From positions 310,001 to 374,000 of the forward strand of contig JBEWZL010000202.1 of NCBI GenBank assembly GCA_045837725.1: a DNA stretch of 64,000 bases, given 5' to 3'. The position numbers and the translations under genes are program-made. This document shows, piece after piece, positions 1 to 12,198 of this stretch (positions are counted from its first letter, which is position 1; every line of letters starts with the position of its first letter). The notes beneath the pieces were generated by a model that saw nothing but the letters and a program-made list of their open reading frames with translations, did not search any database and was not told the DNA's origin. The DNA comes from Vermamoeba vermiformis. Its lineage: Eukaryota.

Positions 1-2420
1 CTTGACTTTGGCATCGCCACCGAGACCGACCTTGATATCAGCCTTGGGCTCGTGAACCTTGACGTCAGTGTCAGCCTTGACCTTGGCGTCGCCACCCAAG
101 CCAACCTTGACATCAGCCTTGGGCTCTTTGACTTTCACATCAGCATCGGCCTTGACCTTGGCATCACCACCGAGACCGATCTTAGCATCTCCGCTAGCCT
201 TGACATTAGTGTCACCACCAGCCTTGATCTTGGCATCACCACTGAGGCCAACCTTGACGTCAGCTTTGGGTTCTTTGATTTTCAAGTCAGCATCGGCCTT
301 GATCTTAGCATCGCCATCGGCCTTGACTTTAACATCAGCGTCAGCTTTGATCTTGACGTCGCCTTCAGCCTTGGGTTTCTTGCCACCAATCTTGGGAAGC
401 TTGAACTTCTTCTTGTCTTTGTCTCCACTCGAAGAAGACGATGAAGAGGATGAAGATGATGACGAATCATCGAGGCCGCCACCAATCTTGGGACCCTTAA
501 CTTTGATATCGCCACCAGCCTTGACTTTGGCATCGCCACCGAGCCCAACTTTAACATCAGCCTTGGGTTCGTGAACCTTGACATCAGCATCGGCCTTGAC
601 CTTGACGTCGGCGTCGGTCTTGATCTTGGCATCGCCACCAAGACCAACTTTGACGTCAGCTTTGGGCTCTTTGACTTTCACATCAGCATCGGCCTTGACC
701 TTGGCATCACCACCGAGACCAACCTTGATGTCGGCCTTGGGTTCCTTGACCTTGACGTCGGCATCAGTCTTGACCTTGATGTCAGCATCGGCCTTGACTT
801 TAACGTCAGCGTCGGCTTTGATCTTGACTTCGCCTTCAGCTTTGGGTTTCTTGCCACCAATCTTGGGAAGCTTGAACTTCTTCTTATCTTTGTCTCCACT
901 CGAAGAAGACGATGAGGACGAAGATGATGATGAGGAGTCGTCGAGACCACCAATCTTGGGACCCTTGACTTTGAGGCTGCCATCTCCCTTGATCTTGGCA
1001 TCGCCACCCAAACCAACCTTGACGTCAGCTTTGGGTTCTTTGACTTTCACATCAGCATCGGCCTTGACCTTGGCATCGCCACCGAGACCAACCCTGATGT
1101 CGGCCTTGGGTTCCTTGACCTTGATGTCGGCGTCGGCCTTGACTTTTACGTCAGCGTCAGCTTTGACCTTAGCGTCGCCACCCAAGCCAACTTTAATGTC
1201 AGCTTTAGGTTCCTTGACCTTGACGTCGGCATCGGCCTTGACCTTGGCATCACCACCCAAACCAACCTTGACGTCAGCCTTGGGTTCGTGAACCTTGACG
1301 TCAGCATCGGCCTTGACTTTGGCATCGCCGCCTAAGCCAACCTTGATGTCGCCACCGGCCTTGATCTTGGCGTCGCCACCCAAGCCAACCTTGACGTCGG
1401 CTTTGGGCTCTTTGACTTTCACATCAGCGTCAGCCTTGACCTTAGCATCGCCACCCAAGCCAACCTTGACGTCTGCTTTGGGCTCTTTGACTTTCACGTC
1501 GCCACCAAGACCAACCTTAACGTCAGCCTTGGGCTCTTTGACCTTGACGTCGGCATCGGCCTTGACCTTGGCATCGCCGCCTAAGCCAACCTTGATGTCG
1601 CCACCGGCCTTGATCTTGGCATCGCCTGAAGCTTTGGCTTTCTTGTCTTTGTCGCTTGATGAAGACGATGAGGAAGAGGATGAGGAAGATGATGAAGACG
1701 AAGAGTCCGAACGATCACGACCACCTCCAAGACCAACTTTTACTTTAGGGGCCTTTACTTTGACGTCAGCGTCAGCTTTGACCTTGGCATCACCACCGAG
1801 ACCGACCTTGACATCGGCTTTAGGCTCGTGAACCTTGACGTCAGCATCGGCCTTGACTTTGGCATCGCCACCGAGACCAACCTTGATGTCGCCGCCAGTC
1901 TTGATCTTGGCATCGCCACCAAGACCGACCTTAATGTCAGCCTTGGGCTCGTGAACCTTGACGTCAGCATCGGCCTTGACCTTGGCATCACCACCCAAAC
2001 CAACCTTACTGTCAGCCTTGGGTTCGTGAACCTTGACGTCAGCGTCGGCCTTGACTTTGGCATCGCCACCGAGACCAACTTTGACGTCGCCGCCAGTCTT
2101 GATGTTTGCATCTCCACCCAAACCAACTTTAACGTCAGCCTTGGGTTCGTGAACTTTAACTTCGGCAGTAGCGTTGACCTTAGCATCGCCACCCAAGCCA
2201 GCATGTACGTTAGCGTCTGTCTTGGCTTTAACATCGGCATTGACATTGATGTCGCCACCGGCTTTAATTTTGGCATCGCCGCCTAAGCCAACCTTGACGT
2301 CTGCTTTGGGCTCTTTGACCTTGACGTCAGCATCGGCCTTGACTTTGGCATCGCCGCCTAAGCCAACCTTGATGTCGCCACCGGCCTTGATCTTGGCATC
2401 GCCTGAAGCTTTGGCTTTTT
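1..2420. repeat. Coding tandem repeat: 75-bp (25 aa) and 48-bp (16 aa) units with higher-order duplications
   Basis: Units of the type cttgacgtcagcatcggccttgac recur throughout. The block tgccaccaatcttgggaagcttgaacttc occurs at 381 and 852; the block atcgcctgaagctttggc occurs at 1621 and 2398. Confidence 0.95.
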
Positions 2421-2625
2421 TGCCTTTGCTGTCGCTTGATGAAGACGATGATGAAGAGGACGAGGAAGATGATGAAGATGAAGAATCTGAACGATCACGA
2501 CCACCTCCAAGACCAATCTTTACGTTCGCATCCGCATCGGCTTTCATGTCTGTTTTAATTGAAGTGTTGGCGTGTACTTGGGCATTAGTGTTGGCATCGG
2601 CGTGGATTTTAGCATCGACGTCAAC
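1..2625 (-). CDS. Giant low-complexity repeat protein (large exon, runs off window start); AHNAK/periaxin-like composition
   Basis: The minus-strand frame after the acceptor TTCTAG (intron ends 2626) reads VDVDAKIHADAN...GGDAKVKADADVKVKEPKADVKVGL repeats with poly-Ser blocks, and the same frame is seen at base 1. It is absent from the ORF track, presumably because there is no stop in the window. Smaller upstream exons lie at about 2680-3310; the start was not resolved. Confidence 0.85.
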
Positions 2626-4738
2626 CTAGAAGGGACAATTATTACCAAGCTTCTAGAGAAGACCGAAGAGTTGGCTTACCTTGGCTGATTCGGTCAGACT
2701 TGACTTTGTCAAAAACTGAAACGCTCAAGCCTTTGCTGGCGCCAACGGATGCCTACGAAGACGTTAATATTGAGCAACAGAGTAAGCTTGAGCAAAAGAT
2801 CTACCTTTGTGTTTGTATCTGCTGCGACGGATGCGTTTACGTTAACTGATGCAGAAGTGCCACGAGGACTGTTGAGTCCCGTGCTGTTTGCCTTAAGTAC
2901 ATTCTGTCCAGCAGGTTTGTGTGTGTTACTGAAGAAAAAAAAAGATTAATCTCCGCTACCAGATTTGATCGTACTGAATCTCCGGATCGAGGAACCAAGT
3001 CTTACCAGTAGTACTTTTCATTAAGAGCAACAAAGCTTGTTTTTGTAAGAGTCACCTTGCAGGTGTCGCACTTGAAGCAACTAAAAGCAGTAGGGTTATT
3101 GAATTGTTTCCGGATCTGGATACCCAACAATTAACTTACGCCTTGTGGAAGCTCTTGTTATCAACTGCGAGCTTTTCTGTGGCCTGCATAAGTTGTTAGT
3201 CGAGTCACTTGTTAAGGAACAAGATGCAGTTACATACATATACAGTCTTCTTGCAGATAGGGCACTTTTCGCCTCCTCCGAACTTAAGGTTAAGAGAAGC
3301 CATCTAAGAGACAAGGATCGTTAGCAACAGGTACGCAGGAATTGTTTGTTTGAAGTTGGCATCTCGATGAGATTCAGCAGATCATAATATTTTTGTAAGG
3401 AATCCTAATTGCGCGATCGTCTCAGTCGAGCAACGAACACTAGAGCTTGGTCGCGCTCAAGACTAAGATGCGATCGGAAAACGAATTGTACTGACTAGAT
3501 CTGCAGGGTACAAAAAATGCTAAAAGACATACCTGTAGATAATTATATACAAAACGACTGTTTGGACCTTTGAGAGGTGTTGTAAACAGGCGAGAAATGC
3601 CGAGGGCGAATGAAAAAAACTAAAAACCAAACTTTTCTGGCCTGAAGGAGTTCACCCGAATCTTGGGCCAATTAAATTGCGAGGACTGTTTAAGGCAAAA
3701 GGAGATTAAAAATCTGAGGAGTAATTACTTAATTAAGTCAACGGCAAGAATTTTCACGCGTTACAATTTCCTTTTTAAGGCAGATTTTTCTTGCGGTTAA
3801 TTAAGTGCCGAGTAACAAAGCAGAAAATAAATTGAAAGTCTTTTCTATATCAGTTTTTGTGGAATCTTTTAAGTTACGCTGGCTTGGCTTACCTTTTAGC
3901 AATCATTGGCAATCCAAATCAATCATGTTCGGTATTTTGTCGGCAGAATTAATGAAGCCTAAGACGGCGCTTGGAAGGGATGCCTTCCTGAAGTCAAGCG
4001 CAACGGATTCGCCATGGAGGACGAGACAAATGCTTCTAGACGGTTATCCGACCAGGGAAGCAGGCGATCTTTTTGATCTGGGATCCAAAAAGTAGCGCGA
4101 GTACTCGAGATTTTTCCGGAGAATGGGCTATTCCGGTACTCGAGCTTTGTTGCGAAGTGGTACTGACAATAAGATGGTATTAAGGCTGGATCATCGTGCG
4201 CTATCTTTGAACCAAGGTTGACCTCGACCTCTTCTTCGCCCTTTCATTTTAGCATCGTTTCATTGTTCTAAGAGCTCATAGTTTTCTTGGTTAAAGTCAT
4301 TTTGGACTAAAGTTAGCCAATATCTCGTTTTGATCTGGTCGATCGGATGATGCAAAATTGGATGCGCGAGATTATTGCAGATATTTTTAGTGTCTGTACG
4401 AAGAAACAATTAGTACACAAATCAAATATTGCCTAATTAATAAATAAATAATCCAGTGGATTTTTCTAAAATGGATCCCACGATCCCTACCTACTTTAAG
4501 ACTTAACTTGGACATGTACTGGAATCTGTGGTGCTAGGCATCGTTTTGTATCAAAGTGATGCTCAAACAAATTTTTTGCCCCGTCAAATGTCAGAAGAAA
4601 TGTCAAATCTGCTCATTGGTGACCACATATCCTTACGTTTATTCGACTAAACTACTAGTACGATACTTCGTGCAGATAAAAATGTTTGCCTTTGATATCG
4701 CAGTCGGCTTTTTGCGAAACTAAGGTAAATCCTAGCAA

Positions 4739-6198
4739 TTAAATGCCGCATTTCAAAACCACCCCCAAACCAATAAAGCGGCTATTTTCAGTAACATAGA
4801 ATCTTGACAAATCTGAGCTCTCGCTAAGCGTCATGACGTAGATGAGCTGCTGGTCACGAGGAGTTATCTTTACAAGGCCCAGAACGCCGCGATCCAAAGT
4901 CTTGCGAAGAAATGTGTAACTTGAGAAATAATACTTCTCCGGCGGGTTCGCCATTTCTTTCAATTCGTACTGTCGCTGAGAGGATTCAAGCATCTTTTCA
5001 ACTTCAATCTTGCATCTGGCCTTGCCGCCGAAAAAATGAATCATGGTAATCAATCCATTCCGCATTCCTTTGCGGTAGAACCATCGTCTGATAAGTACTT
5101 TGGCGAATATTTCTTTGACTGGTTTAATTCCAAGCCCGATCAAGCCGAACTTTTTTAGCGACGGATCTGGTACTCTGCTTGGTGGTTCAACTTCAATTTC
5201 GAGTTCTAAGCCAGGATAGGCTCTTTTTATATTCTTTCCGTTGATTTTAATTGATTTGACTGTTTTCCGCCCCAGGAGTGTATCGACTTTGTCATTGACT
5301 CGTAATCTTCCATGGCGCAGTATTCCGACGCAGCGCGTAGCCGATATTGGTTTAGTTACGATAAACCTCGCAGTGTTGAATGTATTGAAGCTGACTTTCT
5401 TAACTTTTGCTAAGGCCGTTGCCAGATCTGGTCCATCATACCAAGGAACGTAACTATTGAACTCTTCATGCGCAATGCCGTTGATGAATGGAATGACAGT
5501 AACGCCGAAATGTGACGAATGGACTTGGTTGACATATTTGTGCACGATAGCTACTTGCTCCTTGAAGCTCTCTTCGGTGAGCAGAGTATCTTTGTCAGTT
5601 GAGATGGCAATAATGATTGGAGCGTTCCTTAATAGACAGTCTCGTAGCATGCCCCATTCAAGGCCCCATTTTCTTACGTGATCGCGGATATTAGGTGTAA
5701 ATAATAAACACGCGTCGAACTGAAGAAATGAAATTAATCTCCTATTAGTATCGAGGTTAAGGCAGAAGTAATCCGATCTGTACCTTAAGGGTAAGTGGAT
5801 AATGTGATTGGTAGTAGTTTTCTACGAGCTGGTGCAGAACTAATTCGGTGTCCATTACGGAGTAGAGTTTGGACTCGATCTTCCTGACATCTTCTTGGTA
5901 CGAACCTCCGTTATAATCACCGCGAAAATACTGCTTTAAATATGTTTGATGAAAGTAGGTCAGTGAGCAATTATGGCTCAACACAGCGATTTCGCCTACG
6001 TGAGAGATCCGGTTATTTTATCTTCTTCCAAAAAATCTTCTTTTTAAAGTACGTACAGGGACGAGGTCTGCGTAGTTTGTTACATAAGACGCTATAAAAA
6101 TCACGGCAAACAAAAACGGCTGATAGGACGTGCTCAAAGTTCTGAATGTATGAACAGATCTTCGTCCAAATTTCTACTGGAAGCTCGCGACAGGCCAT
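4739..6198 (-). CDS. F-box protein fused to a degenerate EF1A/eRF3/HBS1-like translational GTPase fold (3 exons)
   Basis: N-terminal F-box LPVEIWTKICSYI...VCRDFY. Downstream IAVLSH (degenerate G1 strand), IPFINGI...VPWYDGPDLATAL, GILRHGRLRVNDKV, VKSIKING...AYPG, GVLGLVKITP, and the C-terminal SRFYVTENSRFIGLGVV resemble EF1A domains I-III. Confidence 0.7.
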
Positions 6199-6741
6199 GA
6201 CGTTGTTTTAGGATGAGGGGTTTTGTATTATTGGCTCTAAAGGCAGTTCTACAACTTTATTTTTTCGATCGATCTGCCAGAACGATTAGAAATTATTAGA
6301 ACCCGTGGGAAAACTCTGGTGTACACTTACCTTGTAAGCCAATTGAGAAAACAGAAGATTATACACCGATAAGAATTTACATAATAAGTGTTTCAGATTC
6401 ACGCGCCAAACGTTAGCTAGCTTGCCTAAGAATATTGCTATAACGTGACCGATTTGCTATTTTTTTTTTCCTTTGTTGTGCTTTCTTTGAAAGATGGAAT
6501 ATCAATGCCGTAACTTTTCCTTTTAAAAGTTTGTTGTTCATGGCGCCAACAACACAAATCCTGACAGCCAGTAATTTGTCTTCTCGCAAATATGATCATA
6601 ATAGCGTGAAAGTACTTTCATCTGGTAAGCAACGAAATTGATTTCGGCGATGTTTCAATTTTTCTAAAGCCTTTAGGACGAATAATTTACAATTTTAAAT
6701 TGTAAAAATACATAATATTATGGGCAAAAATAGCCGCAATT

Positions 6742-7851
6742 TTAAGCAGAAGAACTCGAGTCAGAAGTCTCGGCTGAATCCTTTTTCGGTTGAGGAGATC
6801 GAGCTTCCTCCATTTGCTTGCTGTTCTTCTCGCCAATATCATTGCCTTTTCTTTTGGAAAATCGAATCATCCTTAATATAAACGCTATAATCGATGCAGC
6901 GCCAGTCACGCAGGCTAGAACGATTGATGTGATCCAGACCTGTTCGACGTTCTTGTGCTCCGCAGCGAGGCAAGCAAGACCCCAAACAGCGACCAATCCG
7001 AATGCAGGGTCTCGGCAATAAAGTGTTGCAAAGAGTACGATGGCGATCAAAAACACTTGGCAGAATACAGACCATTGCCAATCAGCTGCTCCGGTCCACC
7101 CGCCGTACTGCAAAACTTGCGTCAAAAGCACCATGAATGAGAAACCAACCATGCAGCCGTACATAGTAAAAGGTAATTGAACAAACCAGAAGTAAAATAA
7201 CTTCTCTGTTGAAGCCGAGATCTTCCATTTCTAAAAAAGGAAAGTCAGGATCCGATGGAATTTACACGTAAATTACGCTTCGCTTACACCCCAACCCGTT
7301 GGAATTTCGCTAGTATTAGCAGCTTCGCAGGCCATAGTTGGTCTTTTACGGAAAGTAAGTTGAACGAACATCAGTACGCAAGTCGGTGCGCTAATGCAGT
7401 AGAAAGCGAAGACGGCAGGATAATAACCAAAAGCATAGAGATTCATAGTAAAGCCACATGCAATACAATTAATGGGCCAAAGGAAGTTCAAACGTTGCAA
7501 GAAACCGTTGCGAATCCGGTGCATTGGCATCCATTGATAGATGGTGAAGCAGAGTTGCAAAACCCAGATCGGAAACCAAATGTAGAATCCGAAGCGAGCA
7601 GGCATCATGCTGAAGCGGAATAGCGTAAGCACAAAGATTGTTTTTCCGAAGCGACATCTGGTGATCCGCTTCAGGTCTACTTACGAGTTATAGAATGTAG
7701 TGTAGCCTTGCGTTTGCGTAGTGTTGCCGTTGTACTTGGCTCCAGCAGAGTTAACTACACCACTAACAATAGCGTAGCCCCAAGTAATGGTGTTGAGGAT
7801 CTGTAGCAGCAAGTACGACCTTTGACCGAGCTTATACTTAGGGCAACCCAT
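6742..7851 (-). CDS. Multi-pass membrane protein, TspO/MBR-related (tryptophan-rich sensory protein-like)
   Basis: Spliced ORFs contain PARFGFYIWFPIWVLQLCFTIYQ, QLPFTMYGCMV and DPAFGLVAVWGL, resembling the family motifs PAxxAFxIWxxIY, PFxxYxGW and DxxxxLVxxWAL. Confidence 0.55.
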
Positions 7852-8529
7852 ATGGTTTGTATATATAAATACTTTTCGTTTGATTTGTGGTGTTCGTTTC
7901 GAGTAAATTGTGTAAATTGTCAGTTGTACGCCTTTTATCTTGGCCGTTCGGGAGACTCCCATGGAAAATCTCGCCGACCAATCTGTAACAACCAGCACTG
8001 ATTCGGAGCTTTGATTTGGCATCGCTAATTTCAGAAATAGCAATCGGAGATTTACACCTCGATCGTTAAAATTACTTTAAAATCTACTAAAAATAGGTTT
8101 TATCATTGTATACACTGTAACTGAAGAAATTCTAATAATTGCTTCCTTCGCCGGCCAAATAAAGACTCAAATTGCAAGCGAGAATGTTAAAATTTAACTT
8201 CGTCATGATATACTGTTCAGTGAACGATAATTTACGTAACGACTGATACCCGTTTAAGCGCGTATCGCGAGACTGGCTCATTTTCTACTCAACTGACTTA
8301 CAACAGGCTTCAAACGGTAGAAAATCGAGATCCGATCCACTGGTACAAAATTGATCTGCAGATTTATCCTATATTTAACCTCCAGATAGCGAGAGATTAC
8401 CAATTAAATTATATTTTTCTGTGCACAAAGCCAATACTACCCGATAATTCATAAACTACCATAGTGTTGTTTGAAACACGTTACAACAGCGGATATGGTC
8501 CATTTGTTAAAGGAATCTCTATGGCACAT

Positions 8530-11500
8530 TTATTTCGTCATAGCATTAGTGAACCTTGCCTTCAGATCCCAATAGCTTAACTGCACTTTGTCTTCGAGAT
8601 CAGCTAGTTCAGCCACGATCGGCCTCAAGAACTCCAGGTGTGCCTTAGTCACAGCTTCATTGCCTCCGTCTTTCTTCTGTCCATATGTTCGGCCCTTTTG
8701 ATCTTCAGGCAGCTGGAAGTTTTCGTTCAGTCGTGTCACCGGATGTCCTAACAGTTTTTCAATGTCCTGTCGAGCGGATGCGATTAGTAAGTGATACTTA
8801 TAACTACCTATGATGCATGACGCATTATATATATCTTGTACTTACTTGCAAGTACTGTGATTCATCATACCACAACGCACATCCGCCTTGTTCGACGAGT
8901 TTGGTGTTGTGACAATTTTGTCCTCGGTCTTTGCATTGGTGGTACCAAACCTAAACATAATCATTAATATTATAACTCGATAATATAGCGTAATATTGTA
9001 CCTTTTCTTTCTCTTTGGCAACAATTGAGATTGCAAGACCAATCGCATCCGCTCGACCGACACGACCAATTCGGTGGATGTAATCCGCTGGCTTTGGCGG
9101 CAAAGTATAATCTAAATAGTAGGTGTTGGATATGATGCCAATGTTATAATGATTAATAGACTTACTAATTACATAAGGCAGTTCTTTGATGTCAATACCA
9201 CGTGCCGCAACATCAGTGCAAATTAAAAATCGAACTTCACCGTTCTTGAATTTGGTCAAATTTGCACGTCGCTCATTTTGGGACCTGTCGCTATGCAACA
9301 CTACGCAAGAATAAGCTCCCTCAACCATAGCTTTGGTTTTGACGCCAGGCACAGCATCAATGTTCTTAAGGTATCTTTCCACGTGATCGGCATCGAGTTT
9401 TGTTCGAACAAAAATGAGCGCTGAATCCATTTTGTGCGTGTCAATGATTTTCCGCAGTAATTCCGCTTTCAACAATTTTGTGGCTTCTGAAAGTGACGCT
9501 GGATTTGCACTTGGATTCTGCTTGTCGATATTTTCTTTTGCGTGGATACCATCTGTTTGAATTCTTTTGCCAGGTCCTTGCCACGACTTATCTGCCACTG
9601 GATCTGCTATCACGACCGCATGATCAACAGTCTGACAGTACCGATTAGACATCGTTCCTATTAATGATGAGTTACTTACCTCAGGCACTGTATCTTTGCC
9701 TTTCAAATCGATCCACTGCGGGAATTTGCAAATGATGTCAGCCATGTCTTTGATCAGTGGATCGTGCAACGTGGCAGAAAACATTAAAACCTGTAAAGGA
9801 TTGTTAGAGCGAGATTAAGGACGGGTATATTATGACTTACTTGCAATGGTTTAGATGATTTTGGTATCTTGCCGAATAATTTCTTAATCAAATTGAAGTT
9901 CTCTGTTTCGCTGATAAGGTGATCCGCCTCATCCAGCACGAAGAATCGAATATCAGATAAGTTCAGCTTTTCAGTACTAATCAATGCTATAATAATAAAA
10001 ATATTAGTTAGCTTGCTTATATACGCATTGAAATAGTGGGATCTTAAGACTGATCTGATCCGATCGGATCTGCTACGTACATTCAATTTTGCCCAATGTG
10101 CCAGTAACGATATCAACTCCTTCAGTCAATTGATCCACTTGTGCGTTGTTATTGCCACCGCCAGACAATAAACAGCATTCAACTGCTGGGCCGTACAAAT
10201 ATTTGCTGAATTGAACGAATGCAGTGTGCGTTTGCTCAGCTAATTCACGCGATGGCTCCAGCACTAGTGCTAACGGGTTGCGTCTGCAAATTTCATTAAT
10301 TACTATACTAGGCAAGTACATTAAATTATTGCAAAGTTACCCTTTAGTAGCCTTCACTGTGCTGCCTGTCGAGGTGTCAGATTGCGGTGCGGACGTTAAT
10401 CCTTGAAAGTTGGCTGGTGGAAATTTGAATGGTTTGGCGCCAAAATTGAACTCGACTTGTGCATTCTTCAAGCAAATCGCAGGGAAAAATGATCGGTTCG
10501 TTAACGAAGGCGGAATTTCATACGCGTTAGGGAACTCAGTACCTTGACAAAAAAATTAGATCCAGTCCTTAAAAGCAATGTGTTAACCGTACCATTGACC
10601 GAGAAGTGAATAGAGGCATTGTCCATATCGAGAAAACAACCAATCACATCGCCCTTGCCATAAGCTTTGCCGTAATTTTCAAACGAATTTGCATTGGCCT
10701 TCTTGCCAGTACCTCCAAATCCAAATCCCTAACAAAAAGATAAATTGAGAAAATTGCCTTATTAGGAAATAAGTCAAAAAAATAAAAAGAGAGGGGGACC
10801 AATTACGGCCTGTTGTACAATGCACGTCTGATCCGTTCGCAAGTCAAGTTCAAATTAGCGAGCCAATCTGAACTCAAACTCACGCCGCGACCCTCTAAGA
10901 ATAAATTGTTCAATCATCGATGCACAGCGCGGTGGCTGGCAGGCTTAGAGATTAAACTAAGCAGAACAGATACTACACTTCGATCGGAGCCAAGGCTCGG
11001 AGAAGGTACTTCTAAGTTGTCTGCTTAGACTTAATATAGGCCCACTTTGACCTTCGTAATTTGTCTTATGGGAACGACCAAAAAAATTGGTTTGTCGAAA
11101 AGTGTTAGAAGATGCGGATTCATTTCTCTAAGAATTCTCAGATAGCCGAAAACTTCATTGAGAGGAAGCTATAGATATTTTTATATTAAAGTCTTACCTG
11201 TTTATCTTTGCCCAAGTCGAGGTTAGCAGCTGAAGTGGCCCATCCGACTCGGCACAAGCCCTCATCTGCGACTGTAATTTCATAATAATATTTGCCCTTT
11301 TGAACACCAACACTAGCACGTCCCCCTGCCCATGCCTTCTCTAGTCTCGCTTGGCATACTAATCCTGATTCGTCGATCGCAAATGCAGCGTCTCTATCGT
11401 CAGGAGACAACTTCCAATCCGCAACTACAAAAACAAATCTGGTGTTAATTCGCCCTTAAAGCCATAATTAATTGATACTATCATACCTGAATTATTTTGT

Positions 11501-12056
11501 TGTATTTTTCCTTCGGCGAGTCCGCGGAGAGTCTCATGGACTACTTGAACGATCGGCAGGGCGAACGCTCCTGTCTTACCAGATCCCGTTTCCGCAGCCT
11601 AGAATGACGTTAATATTACTAAATTCCAGAGATGTATATTGATGGCTAGCGAGAAGTCTTGGTGCACTTCAATAATTCTCTGATTTTTCTTCAGATCCAC
11701 AAAATAAGGCAACTTACAGCTAATACATCACCGCCACCCAATATTAATGGAATAGCTTCTGCTTGGATATCTCGGGGTAATCTAATATCATTTTAATTGT
11801 CAGCCACACGCAGATCCACAACAAAAAAAATTCTCAAAAATCATAATTAAATCCCAGGCACCTCAACTTGATTAAACACTGCATATAATATTTCTAAAAT
11901 GCTATAATTTTAATAAATTAATACTATGAACGTACTCCCAGCCCATATCTTCGACAGCTTTAATTAGCTCGGGCATTACTCCGTAATCTTCAAATGCTGC
12001 AGCCTAATGGATACATATTATTATTTGATCACACTCGTATATTTAATTTTTACCAT
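8530..12056 (-). CDS. DDX1: DEAD-box RNA helicase DDX1 (with SPRY insertion), multi-exon
   Basis: Motifs [28 protein letters not shown] segment ([10 protein letters not shown]...CRVGWAT), [30 protein letters not shown] and [11 protein letters not shown]. The first exon is the ATG alone (12054-12056). Confidence 0.95.
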
Positions 12057-12198
12057 TGTGGGTTGGTTTGTTTGTCTGATCTTGAAATAAAATGAACGAG
12101 ACAAAAAATTCAATTTATGCTCCACAATTTGATTGAATGCAAATGAAGCTATAATCCTTCAGTTAAAATTATAGTATTTTATTTGCATAACAGTCACC

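Noticed and set aside
1-2420. CRISPR-like array
   Set aside because: The repeats are degenerate, codon-phased and contiguous, with no unique spacers or cas genes, and the context is eukaryotic.
52-2629. Long plus-strand ORFs (LTLASPP / LDLGI repeats)
   Set aside because: These are antisense shadows of the repetitive minus-strand exon; only the minus frame is continuous and has splice signals.
2680-2752. Out-of-phase small exon in the repeat-protein gene
   Set aside because: One base fewer in the A5 run at 2711-2715 restores the frame; likely a homopolymer error or a different acceptor site.
10797-11065. 11-bp imperfect inverted repeat in the long DDX1 intron
   Set aside because: Too short to distinguish from chance without other genomic copies.
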